Source: Pavona decussata (lineage: Eukaryota). From it: DNA of 64,000 nucleotides. The first letter of the stretch is position 1; every line of letters starts with the position of its first letter. The stretch spans positions 1 to 64,000 of the forward strand of contig CDRNST010000010.1 of NCBI GenBank assembly GCA_977016875.1, given 5' to 3'. The notes under the pieces are model-generated. The model was not told the DNA's origin, ran no database searches, and saw only the letters and a program-made list of their open reading frames with translations. The position numbers and the translations under genes are program-made. Of the stretch, positions 50,671-62,312 are shown piece by piece.

Positions 50671-51876
50671 TGTGTGAGTTAACGTAAAAGTTCTTGTTAT
50701 GAACTTGGTGTGAGCAGCCGTCTGTTTCCGCACAAACATTTTCAACAACAAAGATATGTTTAATTTAGTTTTTCCTACAAATGATAACACCTTCTTAAAC
50801 TTACTTTGATGAGTTTTAACTCAATTTGACCTTTCGTTGGTCCTTTCCAAGTAATTAACATTGCTCTGATTTTTAATCATTTAATTAATGTGTATTTTCT
50901 TGGGTTCTTTTACCAAATTCATGGCAGTTGAATTTCATTTTAAAAATGAAGATATCCAAATAACAATATCTGTACCTTTAAGGTGCTACGACCTTAGGGT
51001 GAATGTGAAGGTAAATATCCATTGTTGTCATTCTGTTATCGCCCTCATACTGAATATAGAATTTGAGCTCTAGATTTTGATGACCACATACTCATTGTAT
51101 TTATGGAAAAGTTTAGCCAATCATTTTCGACAAAGAAGGTTAACACCTTCAATGAATCAACTTCTTGTACAATTTTTAAAGAGCAACTTTTAGTGTTTTT
51201 CAGAATATTTTTGTGAAACTTTCCTGTATAAGTCTGAACTTGTATATTTTTGGTCTCCCTGTTTTGTATTGACCGGACAACCCAAGCTTCATGGTGAACT
51301 TTCACTAGCAAAATGTCTTAGGCTCAGCTAACACATTGAAGGCATGGATGCAAATAAGCTCCCTGTAGCCAATCACAGGAGGATTACATAAGCTTTAGAT
51401 TGTATTGAGCAGGTAGTAATGTCTAGCCAGTATAAAAATGGGTAATACCTAGTTTACTGCAGAATCGAGTGTAAAGCAGAGTAAACTGACTTTGTGTAAG
51501 TCTTATAGAGAATAAAGGAGAGTCGCTGTAAACAGTTGAATCCTTTTGTTGAAGAGAACCAGCTAATTCCCCATAATAGGTTCTTTCAACACTATTAAGA
51601 TGTTTTTGGCTTTCACTTTTATCATATATTTTTATCTTTAGGCTGCTTGAGATCGAGCTTTGTTGGAAAGGGGGAGCATATGCGATGATGTATATTTTAG
51701 TTAAGTAATAATTTAGGTTTCATTCACTTGGACAGAATCAGTCAGTGATAATTTAGTATTGCCTCTACTCTTAGTTTAAGCGGGAAACATCAATCTTTGC
51801 TTGCACGGGTTCTTTTAATCACCTCTCCACTCTGCTAATTCAGTTTACTAACAACCTTATTAATCTTAATAAACCT

Positions 51877-52262
51877 ATGACTGAATCCATAGTCCATACC
51901 ACTTCCTTCAACCTCACCATCCTACAGCAACAGAGTGGTTTTGTCGGGGCGCTTATTCATTCACAACTTCTGTATTGCCACCACTGCAAGGTACCCATCC
52001 TTCCGGGACCACCACCACCAGGAGTTAATGATCCGTCTCCTACACTATACACTCCTGGGCTATGGCCATGTTTGTCCTCTTTAAAATTGAGGAGATTTTC
52101 TGCTGGTCATCTAGGATCTCTTTTTCACAACTCACAAAGACCGTACCAAGTATTTATAGTCTCAGTATTGCTCCTGTGCGCCAAAGGTAGTAACCGCCGC
52201 ACACAACCTCGACTCGACACTATTTATGGCATTGGTTTCTTATGGGGAGAGCTCTAGTTTGT
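51877..52262 (+). pseudogene. ORF-X homologue with internal deletion, ending at a PPT
   Basis: TTSFNLTILQQQSGFVGALIHSQLLYCHHC; SQYCSCAPKVVTAAHNL; YGIGFLWGEL. Confidence 0.7.
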
Positions 52263-53897
52263 GGTTTAATTATTTTTTTTTAGACATTATTGCCTTTTCA
52301 TTTCGCTTATTTTAATTTTTAGGGTTTTTTTTTTCTTAATATCCTTTATTTTATTACCGCTTTTTCAGAAATACTATACAACATGGCTGCCAACTAAGCT
52401 GCAAGCATGCGCAAAGGACACATATACGGATTAAATATGGTGACAGATCATAAAGAGAATGAGGGGGGAATTATAAACTATTGCATCTTCTGTCCTAGTC
52501 GCCGAAAATGCAACTTTCCCCAGCTTTAAGCAACGATCGAACAGCAGTTATATCGAAGGAAACGTCAGGATAAAATCATTCTCGGCAGTGCCTTTTCTGA
52601 TCGAAATAAACTCATAAATGAACACAATATCCTCTTACTAACCTCTTAAAGTAGTGTTGACCTTCATGCCTTCCTTCGTGTGCAGAGAGAAAATAGTTTC
52701 TCCGAGACGTTTCCCTAGCTTCCCATTTAAAAGATCTGATGTTAAGCTACCAAAGCGAAATGTTTTTCTCCCCAATAATCGTCCACTTAGGCAGTGCCTT
52801 TTGCAACCGAAAAGCAGAATTTTTGTGAATGAGACATACGGCAGGTTGGGGCCATAAGTGTAGCAAAACTGCTCCTAAAACCGGTTTGTTTTTGTTTAGC
52901 GTTGGCAGGACGTTGGCAGCCATTTTGGTTTTTCTTGTTTCTTGGTCAGTAGTATTCCCTGTTAAACGCTAGGTACTTCATATATGGTAATTATTTTAAA
53001 AAGCCGCTGAACATAACTTGGAAAAAAAAAACAGAAACGGGAAGGTTCCGTGTATCAACAAGCCGATAACGACTTTAATCACAAATTTATTCAAATTTCC
53101 TTTTATTCTGCGCCCAGTACCCTTTCTATGTCACAAAAAGGAGCTTTCTTTGCTTAAAAATTCAGCGACACTCACATAGTGCCCCACATAGTGCCATCTA
53201 GTTTTAGTAGAGAAGTGATTGTTGAGCAGTGTAGGTGAACTTATGTCAGAGGAATAAAGAAGAGCAACTGAAGAAGCTATTGGATCTTTTGTTGAAGTGA
53301 ACCCAGCTAATTCCCCGTAATAGGTTCTTTCAACACTATGCAGTGGGATCAAGTTTCCCTTATTTTCGCTTACAGCTATTTTCGTTTTCCTATTTATGGG
53401 GTTAAACAATAAAAATACGAGCAATGTAGAAACTCACACTTGTATTATTTTATCATTAATTTTCAGGCTTGGCTTTTATTAATTTTTATGTGTTGGGAAG
53501 CGATACAATATATGCTTTATTTATGCGAATGTTCGAATCAAAGGGATAAAAATATGAAAAAAAGTTCAATAGTTTATCCTTTTCAGCCTTTTTAATGTTT
53601 TAGTGTAATGCTGATCTAGCTCTGATCAAATGTTGTTTACTCCTGGTATAAATTTGATATAACCAGGTGTTCTGTTTTGGACTACTTCTCAGAAAATTGA
53701 TCCTTCGGTCAAGAATGTTTAAAATTGTTTTTCCCTCAATAAAAATACATTGTTTACATAAGGTCAAGCTGTAATTCATCGTATCTGACCTTAAGTTAAC
53801 CTTTCGCTGGCATTTTTATTGAAGATATTTAGTGTTTCCTACCGAATTTATACCAGCAGATATTGTGTCATTAAAGTTAGTTTTCACTGTACTTATT

Positions 53898-53899
<2 letters not shown>

Positions 53900-53932
<33 letters not shown>
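53900..53932. repeat. (AAT)n microsatellite
   Basis: Direct inspection. Confidence 0.95.
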
Positions 53933-55439
53933 CTTAAAGTCTTTTCGTTTGAAGGTGACTATATCAATGTCCGCAATACGTTTTGTTCTGTAACTACGTA
54001 CTATGTTTTTAATAAGGTGAACTGAAAGTTGTCAACATGTGCTCTGTAATTTATGGAAATAGGCGTGGACTCGTAGTACCGCCTTTCTTTCTTCGTGGAA
54101 AGTTGTTGTTTTGCAACAACAACGCTGGACACTGCTTGGAACTTCATCCTAGTTTATTACAAACTCGTGATTGTCAATATGCAATTTATTATCCATACAA
54201 ATGTTCATTGTAATTTTTATATTTCTCCCGATGCTTTATTTTGATTGGACATTTCGAAGAACATAACGAAAACCTTGAAAGAACGGTGCATTTTCCTCAT
54301 CAAATAAAGGGAATTAAGATACCTATTAAAAATTCCAACACCAACCAATCATAAGAAGGCTTACGTTAGCCTACATTAGTAGCTGACAAGTATTTGACAG
54401 TCAATCATATTCCGGCCAAAATAAAAAAAGCAACGCGAGACGTTCTTCAGTAGAGAATGTTGTAGCTGAGCTGTAGAGTGAACAACGTAACCATTGAACA
54501 ACAATTGTGTGTGTCAAGTGAATTCAACTCGTTGGCTAAACTGAGCTGATTCCCCGGCCTTGGTTAGACGCTAAGCCAGGTTGATCTAACATAATATAAT
54601 GGCGCTCGAGGTGGAGGTTTTTCGGAAGAGGGAGTAATATTATGGGTCAATTTTTTGCACACTTCGTTAGCAGATGAGCATTCAGGTGGACTTCTGCCTA
54701 GTGTGTACTGCACAGCGCATGATGTTCGATTCCATTTTAATTGTGTTAGTTTGGCAGCAAAGACCTTCCAACCACCAGTCTTCGCCGCTCATGGTGTGAG
54801 CGAAACTTTTGTAAAGTTTCTTTTCATCTAAAGTAGTAAAGTTAATGAAAGAATCGAGATCATTGGGAGGTCTTCTTGCCCAGTGCCAGGCCAGCCTGGT
54901 CCAAACCGTGTTGTCGAAGTAAACATAATTTAATTAAGGCAACACTTTAACTTATAAAACCTTTTTGTATAATTAATATTAGTCATGTGATTTGTTCGGA
55001 GAATCAGTTTATGAAAGAAGAATACGTTCAGAGAAAACATGTTCATGTACTCAATAAACTAAATGAAGTCGGTCTTTTGCTGCTAAAACAAGTGTAATGA
55101 AATTCGAACGAAATTAGCCCACAGAAAAAAAAAATAACTGACTTGTAACGGAAAGTTACTAGGGCAGTGAAACAGAGAAAAAAACTAATTTGCAAGTCCA
55201 GCAAAAATCACAAGAAACGTACACGTATGTAAATTTAAGTTAAGTCCAAAAATGTATTTTCTGCAAAAGATGGAAAACAATCAAAACAAAGTGCTTTACG
55301 CGCCGGAGAATCATGCCTTTCGCGGAAATTCACCTCTAAATGAAAGAGGAAATATTAAAGAGACGCGTTAGTGACGCTTGATTTTACCGAAAGTAAAAAA
55401 CTACACTACGAACAATTTTATAAACTTCATATCTAGAGA

Positions 55440-56345
55440 TTAGCCTTTTCTGGCCTACCAAAAAAATGGACTTTTTGGGGTTCTCTCCTTTAGTGAGGTA
55501 TAACTTCTTAAGTATGCAACCATTTTTACAATATTATGCATCATTTTAAAGCTGAATAAAGGGACATCAAGAATGTTTTGTTATCTTGTCATGGTTTTCC
55601 TTTAATTTTATAATTTGTGCTAATGTATGCAAGCTTAAGTGTCACGCAATGCTCAGTTTTTGTGGTAAAGTGTTCTTAACCTTTTTTCTTTACATCATCT
55701 CAAAAATTACTAAAAAAGAAGTTTTAGCCTTCTATAAAATACAACTTCTGCAAAAATTTGATAGAAATCCAACGCATATAACAAGAGTTATCATGAAAAC
55801 AGTTCAAATACCTTTTTCGCGTATTTTCTAAGGTGCATAACAGCTCTAAATCACGGGTACAAATATTGCAATCAAAGCACCTGTCTGTTTTTTTCTTACT
55901 TATGTAGTATTATCATCATTCAAATAAAAGATGTTACAACTGAAACTGTCACAAATTACTGGATTCTCATAGAAAATCTGATTGGGCAAGACAGTTCTCA
56001 AAGGTACATAATTAGTATGACAATTACTTGGAAAAGGTGCACCAACCAGTAAAAAAAGAAGTCAAGATCATAACAGAGCTACTATCCACATTTACAAATA
56101 TAAATGTAAGTTATTTCCTGTGAGCATAACTCTTGGAATGCCACACTTCAAAACAGTTTAGCTTCTGAGTGCAGTGTAAGTACACTTGGCACTGAGGTGC
56201 ACTACAGTATGAGCCGACCTTCAACTCCTTCTTCATTTCATCATAGCACACCTTGCAATTTCTCCTGATCTCTCCAAGCTTAGGCATATGGACTGCCTCA
56301 AAGTCTCCAGGCCACAAAACATGCATATACTCTTGTTTGGTGAGA
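55440..56345 (-). mobile_element. piggyBac transposon 3' relic (C-terminal cysteine-rich domain and 3' end)
   Basis: HMPK..RRNCKVC...YCSAPQCQVYLHC...NCFEVWH; degenerate ttag-ccttttctggcc terminus near 55440. Confidence 0.7.
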
Positions 56346-56349
56346 TTTG

Positions 56350-56650
56350 ACATATTTATCTACTAGTGTTCGTAGTGTAAAGACACGGTCTGCTGTTCGA
56401 TTTTTTGCTAAAAAGCCAATTTGAGATTTATGAAGAATGCTATGCGACTGAACGTGTTCAAGGAGTCTTTGATTGAGAATTGAGCAAAATAATTTACGAA
56501 GACAACTAGAAATACAGATTCCACGATAATTTGAGGGATCAGTTTTAGATCCAGTTTGTAAAAATGGGTGTAATACTGACCATCACACCAATTTTGACCG
56601 GATACCGAAATAAACAATCAAATAATTCTTCGACTTCAGAGGTATTCGTT
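56350..56650 (-). mobile_element. Non-LTR retrotransposon RT fragment
   Basis: GSKTDPSNYRGICISSCLRKLFCSILNQRL...HKSQIGFLAKNRTADRVFTLRTLVDKY. Confidence 0.85.
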
Positions 56651-57146
56651 GACGTTTGGCTTTCCCTGGACAAGTCCATCAGTAAATTTTCCATGGTATC
56701 AAGAAAATGAGTGTTCTAATATGACATTAGGTCTATAATCACTATAATAATTTTGACTGGCAAACACTTCGACTCGACATGGTTTGTTCAGAGTTTTCAA
56801 AGGATACGCTTCTCAGTACAATTTTAATGGTCTTCCAATGGTCGATTATGTTAAAAAGTGGATCATTGAGGGCAAATCGCCCGGCGGTTTAAAGAGAAAC
56901 CAACCCGAATTTGTCATTTCCAAGAACGATGTCAAAAAAAGCGATCACTGGAGATTTGGCATCGGCTTGTCCCTGGTAGCCGAGTTTGAAGAGGTCTGCT
57001 GGCCACTAATGTACATTATGGGGTACATTTCTATTAATGGATCCGAACGTCTTTTACATGATACGAAGTAGAGGTTGTGGACTGAAAAGATGTCCTTCCC
57101 TTTTGAAGACCTAAGGATGGCCAAGTAATAAAGTGCATTGCCTACA

Positions 57147-57895
57147 TCCGTCTTTCCATCCCTCCTTCCCTTCCTTCCTTCCTTCCTTCCTTCCTTCCTT
57201 CCTTCCTTCCTTCCTTCCTTCCTTCCTTCCTCCTTTCCTCCCCCCTCTCCTCCTTCCCTTTTCTGCTTACTTTCTTCTTTGGGTGCTTCATCTATCCTTT
57301 CATTCCAATCTCCCTTACTCTCTCCTCCCTTTCCTCCTTCGNNNNNNNNNNNNNNNNNNNNNNNNNNNNNNNNNNNNNNNNNNNNNNNNNNNNNNNNNNN
57401 NNNNNNNNNNNNNNNNNNNNNNNNNNNNNNNNNNNNNNNNNNNNNNNNNNNNNNNNNNNNNNNNNNNNNNNNNNNNNNNNNNNNNNNNNNNNNNNNNNNN
57501 NNNNNNNNNNNNNNNNNNNNNNNNNNNNNNNNNNNNNNNNNNNNNNNNNNNNNNNNNNNNNNNNNNNNNNNNNNNNNNNNNNNNNNNNNNNNNNNNNNNT
57601 CTTTCATTCGCTACCTCCTTTCTTCCCAGCCTTATCCCTCCTCTATTCATTCCTTCCTTCCTTCACTCTCGCCTTTCTTCCTAGTTTCATTCCTCCCCCA
57701 TTCATTTCTTCCTTCATTCTTTCCTTCCGTTATTTCTAGCTTCATCCCTCCCACATTCATTCCTTCCTTCTTCCTCGTTTCATCACTTCCTCCCTCCCTT
57801 CTTTCCTTCCTTTCTCGCCCCCTCCTTTTTTGCTATTGTTCCTCAGTCCCCACACCCTTCCTTCTTTTCCACCATGCTCCCTCTCTTTCTCCCAG
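57147..57895. repeat. (CCTT)n / polypyrimidine low-complexity tract containing an assembly gap (N at 57342-57599)
   Basis: Direct inspection. Confidence 0.95.
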
Positions 57896-60800
57896 GCCTT
57901 GCCGATCAATTCGTTCCAGTGACGTAACTGAGGTGAATGGCCGGTTAAAAGAGAAAAACAAAATGTGTTTGCTTTATTTTTCAAAATGGTGGACCTCTCG
58001 TGAACCGTCTTTATTAACTAAGCTTGTTGACAGAACAGTGCAGAGGAGCAGATTTGTTGTTATTTTAGTACAAAAAACATTGTATGAAACTAACTAAAAT
58101 TTGATGGAATATTTCAAATTTAGATTTCGGAAGCAAGTTTAGAATTTATGAAGCTTCAAGTTTTTTGGGTGGTAACGTAAGGTTTGTCATGTCTCACCCA
58201 TGAAGTGATACTTGAACAGTACAGGGACAATGTAAGATAATAAATAACTGTAATTCTTAAAGAGATTTAACAATGGTACGGCGGCCACGTTTTTTAAACA
58301 AACAAAAACCGGAACTCTTTTGTTCACTATCAATTTCATTATGCATGGTTTCTGTGGGATTGAAATTAATACAGCGTTTAAATGCAAAACTGCTTCATGG
58401 CTTTCCGCCGAGTTTCTGGTTTTCAGTTAAAGATTTTAGAAGCAAAAAGATAAAAATGTGCTAAGCTGTAATTATGTAAAAGTTTTAAGTTGATTTTATA
58501 GCCAAAGCAGATGGGAGTTTTGGGAAGAAATAGAGGAGTCTATTGTTGCTAAAATGCATTGGAGCTATTGTTGTCTCTTTCCTAAAACCTAAAATCTTTC
58601 CAGTTTGCTTATTGTTTTTTGCTTTTACAGTCACATCGCTTTAATTTCACTTAATATAACGTTACATTTCTCTTTTACGCATGTTGTGGTATTATATTCA
58701 CTGGTCTACAACACAGACTTTCCCCGGCACAAAAAATATACCGTATATATATATATATATGGCCAGCTGCTTCGGCTATCATGTTTCTTGAGTCAAAACG
58801 CCGACTCGAATATTTCGATTCAAATTTCACCTGAAGAGTACTCGGCGCAGCTTCTTTCCCGCTGAACATTTTGCGAAACGAATTTCAAATTTTCCCGTTC
58901 TTGGGAGCCGGTAAAATCGTTCAAGCCTACTAAAACGTAACTGTAGATTAAATCTCAACGTACCTCTTGGCCACTGAAATTCTTTGATTCATTCTGTTCT
59001 TCAGCCTGTTTTAGGCGTCCAGTATTATGGATAGCGAAGAGAAGACAGCAAACGAAGCAAACGACATTGTGACCGGAAAAAGAAGATAAAAAGTAGTCAT
59101 TTCTTCCATTTCCTTTCACAATATTGGTCCCTGCCGTGCCTTTTCCCCTCGCTTTCCAACCTCTGAACGCCCGCTTGATGGCTATGCTTGTCGGTCTTTG
59201 TTGTAAAAATGACGCCTTCGTTTGTTTGGCCAGCTTGAAACTCCTAATTACCATTTCAAACAAAATGGCCGTTCATTGTTCATCAAGCAGGTTCTTCCAG
59301 TCCGCCTGGGAAAAAAAATCATTGTAAGTTTCTAAATATCGTATGAAATACAGGAAAATAAAATAAATAAAAAAACAAAAAACAGATCTCACAGTTCATA
59401 TAAATTTTGCAAAACTAGCGGGGCTTAATGTTTATTGACTTACCAACAACGGACCCAGTGTTAGATCAATGATCAAATTGTATTCTTTGTTAGGCGAGTG
59501 TCTTTCTTCAGTCCACAGATGTTCTTGCCACAGACTCTTTTAAACCAGTAATATAAGGGGAACGGGTCAGGCATCCTAAACATGACTGAGCAACAAAAGA
59601 ATAACTGGTTAGAGTTCTATATAATGTGGAAAAGTTTTATTTTTGATCTTTTACCCCCCCAAACTACCCAAGTACAGAATTGGTAAACGTTCCAGGCACC
59701 ACACTAACTTGACCTCCACACCGATATATCCTGTAAGGAATTATCTGCTTCGTCGGGCAAATGAGCAGAAAAAATATATTCCTAGTTTGTTCACCACCTA
59801 TTTGTATCTCCGAAGGTTTATTTTCTTGGCTTTTATTTAGTTTTCGATGACTCAAAGTAGGGCGGGAATTTCTCTTCGCGAATGTTTCCCTCGCGAACTA
59901 CATAAACTTTAAATTGCCACCTCCATCCAAAACTGAAATCCTCTTATTTATTGGCCAAACGCATCAGAAAGAAATAAAAAACTTCTCAATGAAAAGGACA
60001 CAAATTTATAACAACCAGGAATACCAGCAAAGTACTGACCTGTTCAATATACTATCGCTTTTCAATAGACACACTCAGAAGCTTAACCGGCCGACAATCT
60101 CATCACAACAGCCATTGCTGAAACCTACCTCTAGTATAATTTCGTAACACCCTCGTCCGTAGCAGGGATTCGGCCATGGTTTGCTGTAAAGTCATTCCAC
60201 TGAGATCAACAATATTTCAGGAAATGATGTTTGTTGCCGGGCTTTCCCGCGTTTGGTCTTTGGTAGCGAGATCAATCGAATCATTGATCATTGAATGGTA
60301 GCAAGCACTCGCTTGAGTTATCGGCGTAGAGACAAACTTTTCCAACCTTTTTTGAAGTTAAGTATTGTACATTGCGTTGTATCCGATGTCCTAGAGACAG
60401 CCAACAACTGAGGAATCATCTTAGCTTCTTCCTTCGTTTTAGATAACCAAGCTGTTCTGAGAAGCAAACTAAACCCTTTGTTCTGTAGGTTATGTCGTTT
60501 GCATATCTCTGAGCAACGCAGATGTCCGATGTGAATGGTAATGTTTCTTTTCAACCAATCATGGTTTCTTCATTATACTCTTACCCAATCGGCATAAAAC
60601 TCGAGAAGAACCAATAACTTTTGTCCAAAACAATTGACATAATTAGATCGGCATAAGTCCGGTGAAAAAGTTGCGTATCTAGAGATTTAAATAAAGCAAC
60701 TTCTACAAGCTATAAATTTGTTTCTTTTCTTAAAAAAGTGTAATTATAATTAGCGAAAACCCTACCAACTCCGAAACGCAAACTCTTTCCAGGGTACTTT

Positions 60801-61236
60801 GAATTACACCAATTCAAAGAAAGGCCGATTTCGTGGCGTCTTTGTTTGCTTCAACGAAAGGTGACAAATTGAATATTTAATCGGATTTTCGGCAGGTAAA
60901 TTGTTTCCACGTTAAAGGAAATTATAATTTCCCTTTATTGTCTAGCCTTTGGTCACTTTCAGGTCTAATTTGTGAATTAATATAAGTTGTGGCATATTTC
61001 TCCCGAGAAGTTGAAACTAAGTAGTAAATATTAAAACAACTGAAGAATCTAAAATTAAAAAGCGTCGCATTTATTTTTCATTTATCTGCTTTAACCTAGT
61101 TTACACCTTTGCAACTCCATGTTATTGTTTAGCCTTTGTCCAGTGAACTGAACCGCCGGCAAAGGACTGAGGTCTCATGAGCTATTAATTGTCCGCGCAC
61201 GTGTGGGCATGTATGCCCACGCTCTTTGCAATTGAT

Positions 61237-61305
61237 TAGTCTGAAATGTCAGCCGTCTCCTCTCCCTGTGGGTTAGGGAGAGGAGACAGCTGACATTTCA
61301 GACTA
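61237..61305. mobile_element. 69-bp hairpin MITE with TAG...CTA ends and a 10-bp TSD (Academ/AcademH-like)
   Basis: tagtctgaaatgtcagc...gctgacatttcagacta flanked on both sides by tgcaattgat. Confidence 0.8.
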
Positions 61306-61750
61306 TGCAATTGATAGGCTATGATAGCTCTTCCGTTGACAACACCGCTGAAACATATATATGAATATTCCGGAGACAACTTTATCTTTCAAACACACTG
61401 CAAGTTTTAAATCAGAACACGCGAAAGGACAAAAATGCAGTAATACTTGCTTTGCTTCGTCAATGATGACATCGCTGTCGTAATGGGCGTAATCATCAAT
61501 TAGACTTATTGGACTGAAAATAACACCTCGAAACTAAATGAGTGCAGGGGGACTAAGCTGGTAAAAACTTCCGCCAACTAATAAATACAAATTTTTCTAA
61601 ATGACAACCTGGATCAACGAAAACGAACAAAGAACCCCTGAAAGAACCTTTCAAAAAATCTACATTTCATTCCAGATCCACGTGGCGTAATGCCATTCAC
61701 GTTATTCCACGTGCCAACCGGCTTCCAAGGGTGACCGCTGCTTAGTTTGC

Positions 61751-61994
61751 ATGCGGCTGTCTGATCTGGGATTTGTTTTCATAATGAATAAGAAGCAGTA
61801 TTTTGCATTTTTCTGCCCTTGGCTCTCGCTATTTATTCCCTACTTAGCGATTTTAGATACTTGTAGTGCAGAAAAAGAGGTAGGCGAAAATCTAGACGCG
61901 AAAATAGCGTTTGATGTCCCTGGAACACAGCAGCCGATTTCATTTGCTACCAGTGATCACAGCACGGGATTCATTGTGTACTGTCCATGTATGG
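61751..61994 (+). CDS. POFUT1: GDP-fucose protein O-fucosyltransferase 1, first coding exon
   Basis: Hydrophobic N-terminal segment then DHSTGFIVYCPCMG, matching the POFUT1 signature DPxGYxxYCPCMGRFGNQ; canonical donor G/gtaagt at 61995; downstream exons not found in this window. Confidence 0.8.
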
Positions 61995-62312
61995 GTAAGT
62001 GGCGCAATTTTACCAAAACATTCAACAAAAAAACAGTTACTGACTTGCCTGATCTTGGTCAAATTGTGGAACAGGTCCTTTTGTAGCGCTTTTAGTTACT
62101 TTCTAAATGTTAGTTCTCTTTCCTTTTGTTTGTTGGAGAACAATCCATGAGGCAAAATTAATTTCAAATTTGTTTCAGATTTCTCTAAACTGGTTTTGCT
62201 GCTTATCAGCTTTAATTGGAATGGTCACACCTGAACATTTCATCCGCTGGATGAAAAGTTAGAACCATCTTGTACGGCATAATAAGCAAGACCACTGGAA
62301 AGTATTGTTAAA

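Noticed and set aside
56660-57135. Possible coding relic (ORF 56784-57071); a Mab-21/cGAS-like origin was considered
   Set aside because: No diagnostic motif could be confirmed in any frame
56945-58097. Long ORFs across the CCTT tract
   Set aside because: Artefacts of low-complexity sequence and the N gap
61995-62086. Continuation of the POFUT1 ORF (KWRNFTK...)
   Set aside because: Read-through into the intron after the gtaagt donor; the expected RFGNQ is absent
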